Origin: Octopus bimaculoides
Lineage: Eukaryota
Assembly (NCBI RefSeq): GCF_001194135.2
Contig: NC_068993.1
Location: forward strand, 41,719,257 to 41,783,256
DNA length: 64,000 bases
Direction of reading: 5' to 3'
Below, piece after piece: positions 25,462-37,277 of the stretch. The position numbers and the translations under genes were made by a program. Each line of letters opens with the position of its first letter. Position 1 is the stretch's first letter. Under the pieces are notes generated by a model, which saw only the letters and a program-made list of their open reading frames with translations, was not told where the DNA came from and ran no database searches.

Positions 25462-25650
25462 TTTTAATGCGCCCTTTTAAAGCCTACCAGGCTCATGGGC
25501 CTGGTTTTTCGGTTTCTATGGCGTATGAGAAACAGGAAGAAAGAGTAAGAGAAAGTTGGGGTGAAAGAGTACAACAGGGGTCGCCACCACCCCCTGCCGG
25601 AGACTCGTGGAGCTTTAGGTGTTTTCGCTCAATAAACACACAGAACGACC
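25462..25650 (-). mobile_element. Chimeric SINE: family-C 5' body joined to a different 3' tail
   Basis: About 25527-25650 aligns to family-C copies (39475-39600; 44630-44752). About 25462-25526 (AATGCGCCCTTTTAAAGCCTACCAGGCTCATGGGCC...GGCGTATG) does not. Confidence 0.7.
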
Positions 25651-25712
25651 TCCTGCCACTTATGACATAGTCTTCTCTCCCACACCTTTTTATTTACTGG
25701 TTCATTTTTTCT

Positions 25713-26330
25713 TCTTTATTTACATCTACCCCTGTAACGGTCTTAATTTGCATTTGGTATAAATATAACTGACCAAATGTAGAGATGGATAGACTTTGGT
25801 CAATTCCATTACGGACAACAGGTGTTTGGTCCCTAGAATGTTTCAGTAAGTACACCATTATAAACAATCTACGGGTTTGGTTTTGGAAAAATATTAATTT
25901 GCTCAGTTTACGAAATCATGAGTGCTACACGTTTTCTAGATATATTGACGATTCCTGCTTTACCTTAGCACTAGTTTTATCCTACTACTATTTATACACC
26001 CTGGTACCCCTACATAAAAAGATAACCCATCAATTATTTCTCTAGCTCATTCTATTGCCTATCGACTTCAAACTTCACACTGCAAAATGGCATGATTCTA
26101 ATATATTGAGCCTTCTGGTCTCATCTCGAGGCCCTGTTTTTCCTCTTCCTTCAGTCCTTCGTTTATTTTATTTTATGTATTTGTATGCACTCTGATGAAG
26201 CTCCATGTACTAGATCGAATGTACTATAAAGATGGCAGCTGAAACGGCAGTAAGAAATATTATGTAATGTTATGTTTTGCATTAAAAAATAATTAACCGA
26301 TGCTGGTCAACTTGTTTGTTTGTTGAACAA
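25713..26330 (+). mobile_element. Penelope-like element relic, heavily deleted
   Basis: Collinear PLE-type motifs: SLFTSTP (25713), FGQFHYGQ, FSRYIDDSCF (YIDD at 25941-25952), C-terminal IAYRLQT..NGM (26054-26094), then a pyrimidine-rich 3' region containing a hammerhead fold. Confidence 0.65.
26177..26260 (+). ncRNA. Type I hammerhead ribozyme (PLE-associated), predicted
   Basis: Core CTGATGA 26192-26198. Stem II AGCTCCAT/ATGG(C)AGCT with an inner GTAC/GTAC helix. GAAA 26241-26244. Short stem III A-U, C-G with GGCA loop. Cleavage triplet GTA (26250-26252). Stem I CT/AG plus GTATTT/AAATAT with a 7-nt bulge. Folded by eye. Confidence 0.7.
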
Positions 26331-26404
26331 AAGTTTACTCTATCATCGGTTGTCAAGAGATGGTTGGGGAACACCCCCCCCCCATATATATATATATATA
26401 TTTA

Positions 26405-26572
26405 TATACGACGGGCTTCATTCTGTTTTAGTCTACCAAATCCACCCACAAGGCTTTAGTCGTCCCCAGGCTATAGTAGCATCCACTTGCTCAAGGTGCC
26501 ATACTTTTGGACTGAACCCGGAACCATACGGTTGGGTAGCAAACTTCTTATCAAACAGCTACCCTTGCACCT
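26405..26572 (-). mobile_element. SINE family B, head half (the rest probably lies toward 26330-26400 and is degraded)
   Basis: ACGACGGGCTTC...CCAAATCCACCCACAAGGCTTT...CACTTGCTCAAGGTGCCA...GGACTGAACCCGGAACC. Confidence 0.85.
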
Positions 26573-26885
26573 GTATATATATNNNNNNNNNNNNNNNNNN
26601 NNNNNNNNNNNNNNNNNNNNNNNNNNNNNNNNNNNNNNNNNNNNNNNNNNNNNNNNNNNNNNNNNNNNNNNNNNNNNNNNNNNNNNNNNNNNNNNNNNNN
26701 NNNNNNNNNNNNNNNNNNNNNNNNNNNNNNNNNNNNNNNNNNNNNNNNNNNNNNNNNNNNNNNNNNNNNNNNNNNNNNNNNNNNNNNNNNNNNNNNNNNN
26801 NNNNNNNNNNNNNNNNNNNNNNNNNNNNNNNNNNNNNNNNNNNNNNNNNNNNNNNNNNNNNNATATATATATATATATATATATA

Positions 26886-28152
26886 CAGGGTGAGTAACAT
26901 ATTTGAGGACATACCTGTTTTGGGTCTTTGCTGCAGCATCTTGTGCTAACTCTGTATAACTTTTGTTTCAGAAAATAATAATGGCAGACCCTCAGCTTAC
27001 TCAAGAAATGAAGAGGCATGCTTTTACTGTGGTTATGCAGGTTGAGCATAACGATTTGGAAATATCTCGATTCTTAAAAATTGCCAGATATTTCGTCTAC
27101 AAAGTTTGTAAAGATGTAGAGACTGAGGATGGAATCGTATCACCAGTATCAAAGCATAAAAAGCATTCAAAATGCTCTGAAAGCATTAGAACACTTGAAT
27201 TTATCCAGCAAGTTAAACAGACCATTGAATACAATCCCAGAAAGTCCATGAGGTCAATTGCAAAAGCTCTCTATCAATTGTAAAAGATCTCCATGTGTCA
27301 GAAGGAACGGTCAGAAATGTTGTTCACGAAGACATCAGATATAGGTATTATAGGATGAGGAAAGGTCAATTTGTCAGCAAATGCAAAAGAAAATCACTAC
27401 ATCAGATCTAAAAGGTTCTTAAACAAACTGAAAAATCCAGCAGATTTGATTTGGTTTTTCTCAAACGAGAAAAACTTCGACCACGATCAAAAATTAACAG
27501 AAGAAATGACAGATGGTTATGTACTGACCTTTCTGAAGTTGCAAGTGTCATGCATACAAAATTACCTGAAACTGTCATAGATGTAGAGGTTTTCAGCAAT
27601 GAAGGACATGTAATGCCTCCCTATTTCTTTCCATAATGCCTTAGAGTTAACTCTGCCGCCTACATTGAGGTCCTGGAAATAATTGTTAAGCCCTGGATAG
27701 ACAGTATATACAATGGAAGGCCATACGTTTTTCAGTATGACACTGCACTATCACACATGGCTCTAGTAACATAGGAGTGGATGGCTAAATATTTTCGTGA
27801 TCACATAACACCTACCGTTTGGCCTCTTAATTCCCCAGATCTCAGTCCATTGGATTATTCCGTGTGGAGCGTTGTTGAGAGAAAGGTTAATGAACACGCT
27901 CATAATACCAAAGATTCTTTGGTAGCTGTCTTAGTCAAACTAATGTACAAAATGAACCAGTACCACTTGATTCGAGCATGTAGAAGATTTAAACCTCATA
28001 TAAAAGCAGTTGCTGAAGGTGGCTTTAGAGAATAACATTATAGAAAAGAAGGTTTCTTATTATACACATAGCATTATTATCTGTTACTATATATCTGTTT
28101 TTATTTTTATTTTATAAACATAAATCTGTAATCAAATACCTCACGCACCCTG
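26886..28152 (+). mobile_element. Tc1/mariner-superfamily D37D (maT-type) transposon, full length (1267 bp), pseudogenised
   Basis: TA|CAGGGTGAG...GCACCCTG|TA termini. ATG at 26981, stop at 28035. Motifs WFFSNEKNF, GHVMPPYFFP, VFQYD-(37 aa)-WPLNSPDLSPLDY; the D2-D3 spacing of 37 was counted by hand across two stops. Confidence 0.9.
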
Positions 28153-28687
28153 TATATATATATATATATATATNNNNNNNNNNNNNNNNNNNNNNNNNNN
28201 NNNNNNNNNNNNNNNNNNNNNNNNNNNNNNNNNNNNNNNNNNNNNNNNNNNNNNNNNNNNNNNNNNNNNNNNNNNNNNNNNNNNNNNNNNNNNNNNNNNN
28301 NNNNNNNNNNNNNNNNNNNNNNNNNNNNNNNNNNNNNNNNNNNNNNNNNNNNNNNNNNNNNNNNNNNNNNNNNNNNNNNNNNNNNNNNNNNNNNNNNNNN
28401 NNNNNNNNNNNNNNNNNNNNNNNNNNNNNNNNNNNNNNNNNNNNNNNNNNNNNNNNNNNNNNNNNNNNNNNNNNNNNNNNNNNNNNNNNNNNNNNNNNNN
28501 NNNNNNNNNNNNNNNNNNNNNNNNNNNNNNNNNNNNNNNNNNNNNNNNNNNNNNNNNNNNNNNNNNNNNNACAAATATATATATATATATATATATAAAT
28601 TTATATATATATATTTGTGTGTGCGTGTGTATGTATGTATGTATGTACGTATGTATGTATGTATGTATGTATGTGTGTGTGTGTATT

Positions 28688-28757
28688 TCTGTTTGTCCCC
28701 CCCCCAACATCGCTTGACAACCAATGCCGGTGTGTTTACATCCCCGTAATGTAAACG
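28688..28757 (+). mobile_element. SINE family B body fragment
   Basis: CTGTTTGTCCCCCCCCAACATCGCTTGACAACCAATGCCGGTGTGTTTACATCCCCGTAA. The head is probably in the upstream gap. Confidence 0.7.
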
Positions 28758-29078
28758 AGAAAGAGAGAGTTAGTGAGTTGGTGTGTGAGTGAGTGAGTGA
28801 GTGAGTGAGAAGTCTTAGAGATACCTGTAATCAGTTTTCTGTTTCTTTAGTGTTGCTTTAGTGTTGCTTATTTCTGATAAACCGAACTCCACTACTTAGT
28901 AAAGTTCCCCGATTTTATTCAGTTTTACACTCTTGGTTTCAACAGAGATATTTAGCTATTCTTGCATTAACATTCTAAATCTATAGATCTTGTTATTTTA
29001 TTACGTTTTACCTTTTCAGGACTGAAAGCTATATAGTATTTCTTGGCCTCAGTACAGTAGTAATGGGACTGTGCTTAC

Positions 29079-29118
29079 CTCCCTGTTCATTGGTATTAAT
29101 ATTGTCGTAGACGTCGTC
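29079..29118 (-). CDS. Candidate 40-nt exon (DDVYDNINTNEQG)
   Basis: Acceptor GACTGTTTTTAG|, donor GAG|GTAAGC (near consensus). Phase 0 in, phase 1 out. Confidence 0.25.
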
Positions 29119-30516
29119 CTAAAAACAGTCGGACAGCGAATCCACTTCGACAAACATAAACGCAGTATATTTGTCGTTACGTCATCATTAATTAGCAGAT
29201 AAGGCGTTAAAGGTCCATAAAACGCCATGATGACTCAAAGCTGATTACACATGGCATCTGCAATGAAATGTTTGTTGCAAAAGATTTTAAGTATCTCTTG
29301 TATCACAAGCGTAACACATGGGATGAATAAATATCATCCGAAGGGAGAAAATAAATATATAAGGGCACAAAAACACTATAAATAATTCGTGCAGGATGTA
29401 GTCGTGATTTTACTGCCATATTGTTGTACTTCTTAACATTATGTATTCACTTTATATTTTGGCAGTAGAAATACAATCTCTATTTAGTTCTTGCTTAAAT
29501 AACATTTCTGGAGGACTAAAAAGCATTATATAAAAATATACTCTTATTCTTCTCCTCCAAATTTTTCTCGTACTTCTACACAAATTCTTTTCTTTTTCTA
29601 GATATTCTGCTTCCTGTCCTTTAGGTTTTAGCACACGACTATTGTCTTTACACAAGTGGGTCTTCCCGCCTCTTAGTTTTCTCTCGCTAATTCCCTCTTC
29701 CTACTTCCTACACATATTATTCTTTGCCTGGAGAATCATCATTACACAGGAGGACGGCTAATAATCACACTAATTAGGTTTAAGATGATAATGACAAATT
29801 TTATCAACAACATCACTAACTAGTCGCTAATCAGCTTCAGGGCATTGTTAGCTATTCTATATTTTTCAAACAAATATCAATTCAAACAAAATTAAATAGA
29901 ATGCAAACAACTAATCGATTAAATTGTACTACACACACACACAGATATATATATAAACAAAGACACATATATATATNNNNNNNNNNNNNNNNNNNNNNNN
30001 NNNNNNNNNNNNNNNNNNNNNNNNNNNNNNNNNNNNNNNNNNNNNNNNNNNNNNNNNNNNNNNNNNNNNNNNNNNNNNNNNNNNNNNNNNNNNNNNNNNN
30101 NNNNNNNNNNNNNNNNNNNNNNNNNNNNNNNNNNNNNNNNNNNNNNNNNNNNNNNNNNNNNNNNNNNNNNNNNNNNNNNNNNNNNNNNNNNNNNNNNNNN
30201 NNNNNNNNNNNNNNNNNNNNNNNNNNNNNNNNNNNNNNNNNNNNNNNNNNNNNNNNNNNNNNNNNNNNNNNNNNNNNNNNNNNNNNNNNNNNNNNNNNNN
30301 NNNNNNNNNNNNNNNNNNNNNNNNNNNNNNNNNNNNNNNNNNNNNNNNNNNNNNNNNNNNNNNNNNNNNNNNNNNNNNNNNNNNNNNNNNNNNNNNNNNN
30401 NNNNNNNNNNNNNNNNNNNTATATATAAATATATATATATATATATACGTGTATGTAGACATACCTAACTGCATATATGTATGTTCAAACGCATATATAT
30501 ACGCACACGCATATAA

Positions 30517-30573
<57 letters not shown>

Positions 30574-31581
30574 CTAAGTCTCCAGGTGTTTGCGTGTGTA
30601 TATGCGATTGCATGCATCTGTGAATCAGGAGATTCGTGCTACTGCGAGTATGTAATTATATGTAACTTAATATAGATGGTCAGATTATTGACGACTAAAC
30701 CCCCAACCGCCTTCTTACTGCTACAGACTAGCCAGAAGAAGATTGCAGAATACTCAGCTATCAAGATGGCGGATGAACCTGGCTTAGGGTCAATAGATCT
30801 GTTCTGAGTGGAACGTAGAAATACTCGTACAGATGAAAGAAAATCTCCTTGCAATATTAGTGAAAGTGAATGGTAGATTTGTCTTGTTAACCATATAAGA
30901 GGAAGCTTGTCTTGAAGATGTAATCGGATTAAAAATCTGGTTGTTTAACCCAACATTGACTGTCACCATTTGTAAAACACTTTGAATTTAGTATTTGCAT
31001 GTGATTTTGCACTTGAACAAGCAAGTGATGGATATAGTGTCCAAACCATATTCTCCTTTTATACATATATCTTAGATGTTGTCCATGTACAGGTATTAGT
31101 TAATATACCTGTGGCTTTCAAGCTCATTAAAAAGCTAATGGCTATACTAATTGTCGGGTCTCGAATACATATCCCAGTACATCGCTGTTTGTATGCGCGT
31201 GAATTTCAACCGTGCGTGTGCCTATGAAAGAGCATTTGGACCTCATAGCTTTCTGCGCATTAATCTTTTGTTCACCTCTTATGATATGTGACTCGATGTT
31301 GCGATATATATATATATATATATTAAATATGTACGTACGTACATATATTTAATACATACATATATATTTATGTATTATGTATGTATATGTATATATACGT
31401 ATATGTATATNNNNNNNNNNNNNNNNNNNNNNNNNNNNNNNNNNNNNNNNNNNNNNNNNNNNNNNNNNNNNNNNNNNNNNNNNNNNNNNNNNNNNNNNNN
31501 NNNNNNNNNNNNNNNNNNNNNNNNNNNNNNNNNNNNNNNNNNNNNNNNNNNNNNNNNNNNNNNNNNNNNNNNNNNNNNNNN

Positions 31582-31610
<29 letters not shown>

Positions 31611-31614
<4 letters not shown>

Positions 31615-32712
31615 CGTGACAGAAATAACTAGACACTACATAATACATCGTTTTATGTTTATTCTAATTTTTTGCCGTAGCCTCTTCAGTGAGCACCGTC
31701 TACTAGCAAAACACCACCATGACGCAATTCACTCTGCCACAAATTTGGAAGCGACATGCTGTACTGCTTTGCATTCGCATCGGAAACTCCAATACAATCA
31801 TCTCAGATTGTATGCGTGTCAGTCTGAGGACAGTGAAGTGGATTCGGAAAGATTTGGATGAGTCTAATGGTTATTACGAAGGCACAACAGCTCGGAAAAC
31901 TCACTCTGTTCGTTCTGATAAGAAAAGAACTTCTGAATTTGTTGGTGAGATCGAGACCATGATTGACAACAATCCCCCCAAGTCAATCAGGTCCATCGCC
32001 ACGAATACTGAAGTGTCTGAGTTTTTTATCAGGCAAGTAGTGCATGAAGACATTCTGTAGTCGGCTTGCCGTGTCCCCAAAACATGTATCGAGAGTGATA
32101 AAAATCAAGCATCCGGTCAACATCATGGTGTTTGGAGTGATCATTCGTAATGGAGACGTTATGCCTCCATTCATCTTCCCACACGGCCTCACACTCAACA
32201 AGGAAACCTACATCAAGTGCCTGGAGGAGGTAGTGCTGCCCTGGGTCAAGAAGGTGGGTATTGGAAGACCCTATGTCCGAGAACAGGATTCTGCACCATG
32301 CCACACAAGCAGAAGAATCCAGTCATGACTATCAGACAGTTTCTACGACCACATCACTCCTAACATCTGGCCACCTATCTCCTCAGATTGCAAATCCCTT
32401 CATTATTATGTGCGGGATGCAGTTGGGCGAGAGACCAACAAAATTTCTTATAACAACAAAGATGAACTGAAGGTAAGGATTATGGCAGCATTCACCAACT
32501 TAAACAAGAAGACGGTCCAGAAAAGTTATAGCAAACTCCGAAGTCGTCTGGAGACCGTGGTTAAAGCCAATGGCGATTTTATTGGATATCTTTACTCTGT
32601 ATTATTTCAAGGTATTTTAATGTAATGTTGGTAAATATATCTATTAAAATGCAATGTCAGTGTTATTTTCATTTTTGCGTAATTTAGACGATACTTTATA
32701 CACCTCACCCTG
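31611..32712 (+). mobile_element. Second D37D (maT-type) transposon with an internal deletion (1102 bp)
   Basis: Right end CACCTCACCCTG|TA; left end TA|CAGACGTGAC is degenerate. N-terminal HTH region MTQFTLPQIWKRHA...VVHEDIL joins directly to VSPKHV...GDVMPPFIFP...EQDSAPCH-(37)-WPPISSDCKSLHY. The first catalytic Asp region is missing. Confidence 0.88.
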
Positions 32713-32729
32713 TATATATATATATATAA

Positions 32730-32994
32730 TAATAATACAAAGAATATATATACATGTATACACACATATATGTACATACTTACATCTACATGTGCATATA
32801 CATGCATATCAGGGTACAGGACGTTAGAACAATAAACTACAGACAACGGAACGAACACATAGGAAAACGGAAAGCCCCTTGGAATATCCCTTCATCAGCT
32901 GTCTCTATTCTATCTAGACGTTTCGAAGACCAGACAGGACGTACTCTAGAATAGTCTCTTCCTGAGTAGTGGATCAACCAACTACACAGAGGAT
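32730..32994 (-). repeat. 265-bp dispersed repeat, copy 2
   Basis: About 98% identical to 64-328. Sits in the (TA)n run just after the maT right TIR. Confidence 0.85.
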
Positions 32995-33626
32995 TCCAAG
33001 GTGATATATNNNNNNNNNNNNNNNNNNNNNNNNNNNNNNNNNNNNNNNNNNNNNNNNNNNNNNNNNNNNNNNNNNNNNNNNNNNNNNNNNNNNNNNNNNN
33101 NNNNNNNNNNNNNNNNNNNNNNNNATATATATATATATATATACATATAATTCCAATACGGAGCAAATAATTCACGAGCTAGATAGTGCACGAGAAAAAA
33201 TAATTTGCGCAGATATCATTCACTCTATTAGTATGTAGTGTAACAATTTGAAAATGATAAGAGCAGAATCAGTAATATAGGTGATTGCAGGCTAAAAAAA
33301 CATTAAATAGCTGAAGGATTAATATTAATCAAAGGACATACTAAGCATGTTATTTTTTGAGTCCTTTCCTTATTTGAGACAGTAACATATAAGCGAGAAA
33401 GATCTGACTGCTATTTTAAGAAGATAGGGCCATAGAGATGCAGTTACTCCTATGCATATATGTATGTATATAATCATAGCAAATAAACCAAGTTCACGGA
33501 CGAAACATACCTAGGTGTCTCACGCACGCGCGCATGCGCGCATGCAACGCCAACACACAACACCAACACACGGCGCCAACCCACACATATCTATTACTTT
33601 TATATCAGAATGTGGATAGCACTTAC

Positions 33627-33706
33627 TTCGAAGTTTTGGTTAAGGAGTCTGTATCGGTGATGGTTACATTGCCGAAAATTCGAATTCACTATCGGCATAA
33701 AATCTC
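33627..33706 (-). CDS. Candidate 80-nt exon ((G)DFMPIVNSNFRQCNHHRYRLLNQNFE)
   Basis: Acceptor TTTATATTATTTCTATAAG|, donor GAA|GTAAGT. A single frame is open; it ends in phase 0, matching 29079-29118. Confidence 0.25.
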
Positions 33707-36569
33707 CTTATAGAAATAATATAAATATGCTACTGTGTTGGGAAGAGTATTGAGAGATCCCTCAATTCAATATTTGTTGTGCATACATTGAAAGAGAGTT
33801 CTACACACGCGCGCGCACACACTAACACATATGTATGTATACCTGTGTATGTATTTACGTACGTACGTATGTATGTATGTATGTATGTATGTATGTATTC
33901 TTTGTATCAAATATATGCACATGAGTAACACTCGACGGAAGTCTGAGAATGCTTTCAGCAATAGAAACCACATGTTTTAATCAACACCTCCGAGCATTTT
34001 GAGAACTGCATGAACGCCGCACATTCTTATTTCTTAGTTTTTTGCACACCTGAGGCGTTATATCTGTATCAGGAATACGCTTTGTATGCTTGTTTGTTTG
34101 TTAGTAGAGCATATGTGCGTATAAATATGTCTCTGTAGTTATACACCTACTCACATATACGCATGCACGTATACACAAATATATGTATCATTACATGTGT
34201 GTGTGTGTACGCATGAATTTTAGTCTGTGTGGAGCGGATGTGTTCGGAAGACATAGATTTTGCTAAAGTAACAGCTGCAACAAGATTTCAGATTAGTTTT
34301 GTTTTAGTTTCCCTAAGGTAATGTTAATCCAATCCCAAAATTATCTGATATTGCCTTATCTAATTTCACGAACGAGCGACTGGCAGAAAATAAGCATAGC
34401 TACTAACATTAATTCATGAACGTATTTAGCTCGTAGCTTAGGGATACGGTTTTACGCAGTGGTCCATGCTGCTTATCTCATATTGTAGTTGAAATTTAGT
34501 TTTCTCATTTAACTTGCGAACATGACCAATTCATTTATTTGGTGATCACGTTAGTTTTAACTCGCTTGTAAGATGCAGTGGGCTGCACACTTAACTATTT
34601 GTATGCCGAGCAATAACTTGTGGCTTCTCTTCTTTTACAAACCGCTGTTTATTTATTTATTCATTTATTTATTTATTTTTATCCTTAATTTCAAGAATGT
34701 AAAATTGTGCCCATAATTTTTTCAAGGACCTCTTCGACTGGCCGCACCCATAAATGGTTGATTTAATCCACATGTTTCAATAGTTTTAGTTACGACTTCT
34801 TTCTTTATATTTGTTATTCCTTTAACGTTTGTTTTTTTGTTTTTTTTTCTTCCCCTTTTTATTGCTTAGGTCTGGAGAAAAATTCCAGTGACCCATTATC
34901 CTCCGCTGGCTTTCAGAGACCGACGATATTGCTATAGTTAATGTTCATTTTCAGCAGCTGCATTTTTCGGCTACTGGAAGGAAAATCATAGGCTTTGAGT
35001 TAACTTTTTAAAGACGATGTTCTGTTGCGGAAGGATTGAGCAAAATGGTTACTACAGTGTGGGAAACAACGGCGGTGGAAGGGCAACATATTGTGATGAT
35101 AGGAGAAGAGATAAGTGAGTTAGAAATGCTTTATTGCAGGTGATATGTGACTAATTTTTAAAAGGAGCAGATACCGTTGTAGTTACTATAGAAAATAGAG
35201 AATGGATACAGTTGGTTTTTCAGCCAGGGTCTTGTTTTAGTGTATATTATTGAGTGGTTTTCTACCAATATCAGATGGCTCACTTTGTGTGTGTTTGTGC
35301 GTATGTGTGTGCATGCGATTGTGTATGTGTGCGTGTATGATATGGTTTAGTACGTTTCTAAGTGTAACAGCAGTATCATATCAGATTCAGGCAATACTCT
35401 GTCGTGGGTTTATCTGTTTATCTGTGCTGTATAAAGGTTTAGCCGTTGTTGATGTGAGGGTCGAAGGTGTTTTACAGCCCCGAAAAGAATCTCTAGTTTT
35501 TGCGAAATGAGTAAAATATTTTCTTTTGCTTTCTGTCTTTTTTGTTCTTTTTTCTTTTTGTTGCTTTTGCTGTTCCTATAACCTGATCTACAGATTCACT
35601 CACACACATTCGTATATACACCCACACGCAGAGACAGGAGTATTGTTGGCCCTAGTTATTATTGGAGACCAAATAATTTTTTTAAATGCAATCCTGTTAA
35701 TTTTGCATCTTAAATCAAATATATAACCAATGCTTTGTTTTAGCATTACTATTACAAGAGAGTTTTAAAAGGTCAATATTGACAAACGAAATATGTCATT
35801 CTTTGAACCGTCCTTAAGTCATATTTTAAGCTGTGTTATATATATCCCAGACATGATATGAGTTTCAAACTTTATATAATCAAATTTGTATGGTACACAC
35901 GTCATGAAATTGAAAGTGAAAGTACATTTAACATGAAACTAATTCTAAAACATAAAGTTGAACTCGGTTGGATTTGCACTAGAGAACTGTAGGCAGAGAA
36001 TTTATTACGATTAATGTAATATCGTCTCTTCTAGTTCACAAATCCACTCAAAAACCTGAGCTAGTGATGACCTTTCATTTTAGTTTTAGATCAATAAAAT
36101 ACTAACAAGCTCGCTTGCTACGCTTCGTTGGGGAAACATTTATAAAATTGACTTGCCTCTAGCTGATCTGAAAATGGCAAATTTATAAAGCATAGATCTG
36201 TGCATGTGGTTTGTCAAAGGTGACTCTCGGATTATCGGCAGAGTGAAATGTCGCCTTTCACTAAGTAAATTAACATCCCAGTATTGCAGTGTGTATTGTG
36301 TAGTTAATATATTTCGCACATTTGACACAGTCCAATGCATAGAAATAAATAAATAAATAAGTAAATGATATACGACGAATGATGTAATAGAAGTAATATC
36401 ATTCAGAACAAACAACAAAAGAAATTATGCATTATACTTTTCATAAAATTTTGTTGAGTGAACTCGCGTTGGACCCATAACCCGGAGATCCGTAGATCGA
36501 ATCTACGACATGCTACGAATTGGACTCTGTTTTTGCAACTGAGATGTCTGCTAATATAACAACAGCATA

Positions 36570-36781
36570 TGAGGGGGTGCTGAAAATTTCCTGGCTTTAA
36601 GGGTATCGCAAAAGACCTGGATGGAAGTCCAATCTTCGTCCTTTTACAGCACTTAGGAAAGCTGAAGGACCGCTGCAATAAGTGTGTGAATCTGAGAGGG
36701 GAATATGTTGAAAAAAATCATAATTAACTGATCCTCTTGTGTTTTCTTTACCCAAAGCCAGGAACTTTTCAGCACCCTTCG
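36570..36781 (+). mobile_element. Mariner-derived MITE (212 bp)
   Basis: TIRs TGAGGGGGTGCTGAAAATTTCCTGGCTTT / AAAGCCAGGAACTTTTCAGCACCCTTCG with TA on the left. The interior encodes a transposase end, KLKDRCNKCVNLRGEYVE. Confidence 0.88.
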
Positions 36782-36964
36782 AACATGTATAAAAATATAC
36801 AGGGTAGATAAAAATTATACATAGACTTTATATAACATTTCAAGATTATACAGCGTTATATGCCGAAATATCCAACGGCGAACCTGAAGTGGATTGGAAT
36901 TTCAGACTAAATATCCGCTAGGACAATAATAATCCCACTACCATTTTCTTTCAACTCGCTACAG

Positions 36965-37168
36965 ATGCTGCTCGGTATTAATGAATTAAGGGGACATCGT
37001 AATTCTTCGTGTCATTTCTTCAGGTTTTTTTCGTTTTGAGTTCAAAATTTATTGAGGGTGCCTTTGTCTTTTCTACCTTGTGGTTAATAAAACAAGTCGC
37101 AGTTGAACACTTGGTATTGACTAACCTCCTCCCATAACATTTGTTGAACTTGGGCCAAAGTTTGAACC
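36965..37168 (+). mobile_element. SINE family A, highly degraded
   Basis: GAGTTCAAAAT B-box remnant, GCCTTTGTC...AATAAAACAAGT, and CCAAAGTTTGAACC tail. Confidence 0.5.
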
Positions 37169-37246
37169 CATAAAGTCACTCTTTGTTCCCAGTCGTGCTA
37201 CTGTTATTGAAACTTAGCTTCATTTATATATCTTCTCTCTCTCTCT

Positions 37247-37277
<31 letters not shown>

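Noticed and set aside
33528-33541. Perfect palindrome GCGCGCATGCGCGC containing an NRF1-like core
   Set aside because: It is embedded in a decaying (CA/CG)n tract, with no CpG-island or promoter context.
36099-36135. ACTAACAAGCTCGCTTGCTACGCTTCGTTGGGG, resembling a Helentron/HINE 5' end
   Set aside because: No matching 3' hairpin or terminus could be identified.
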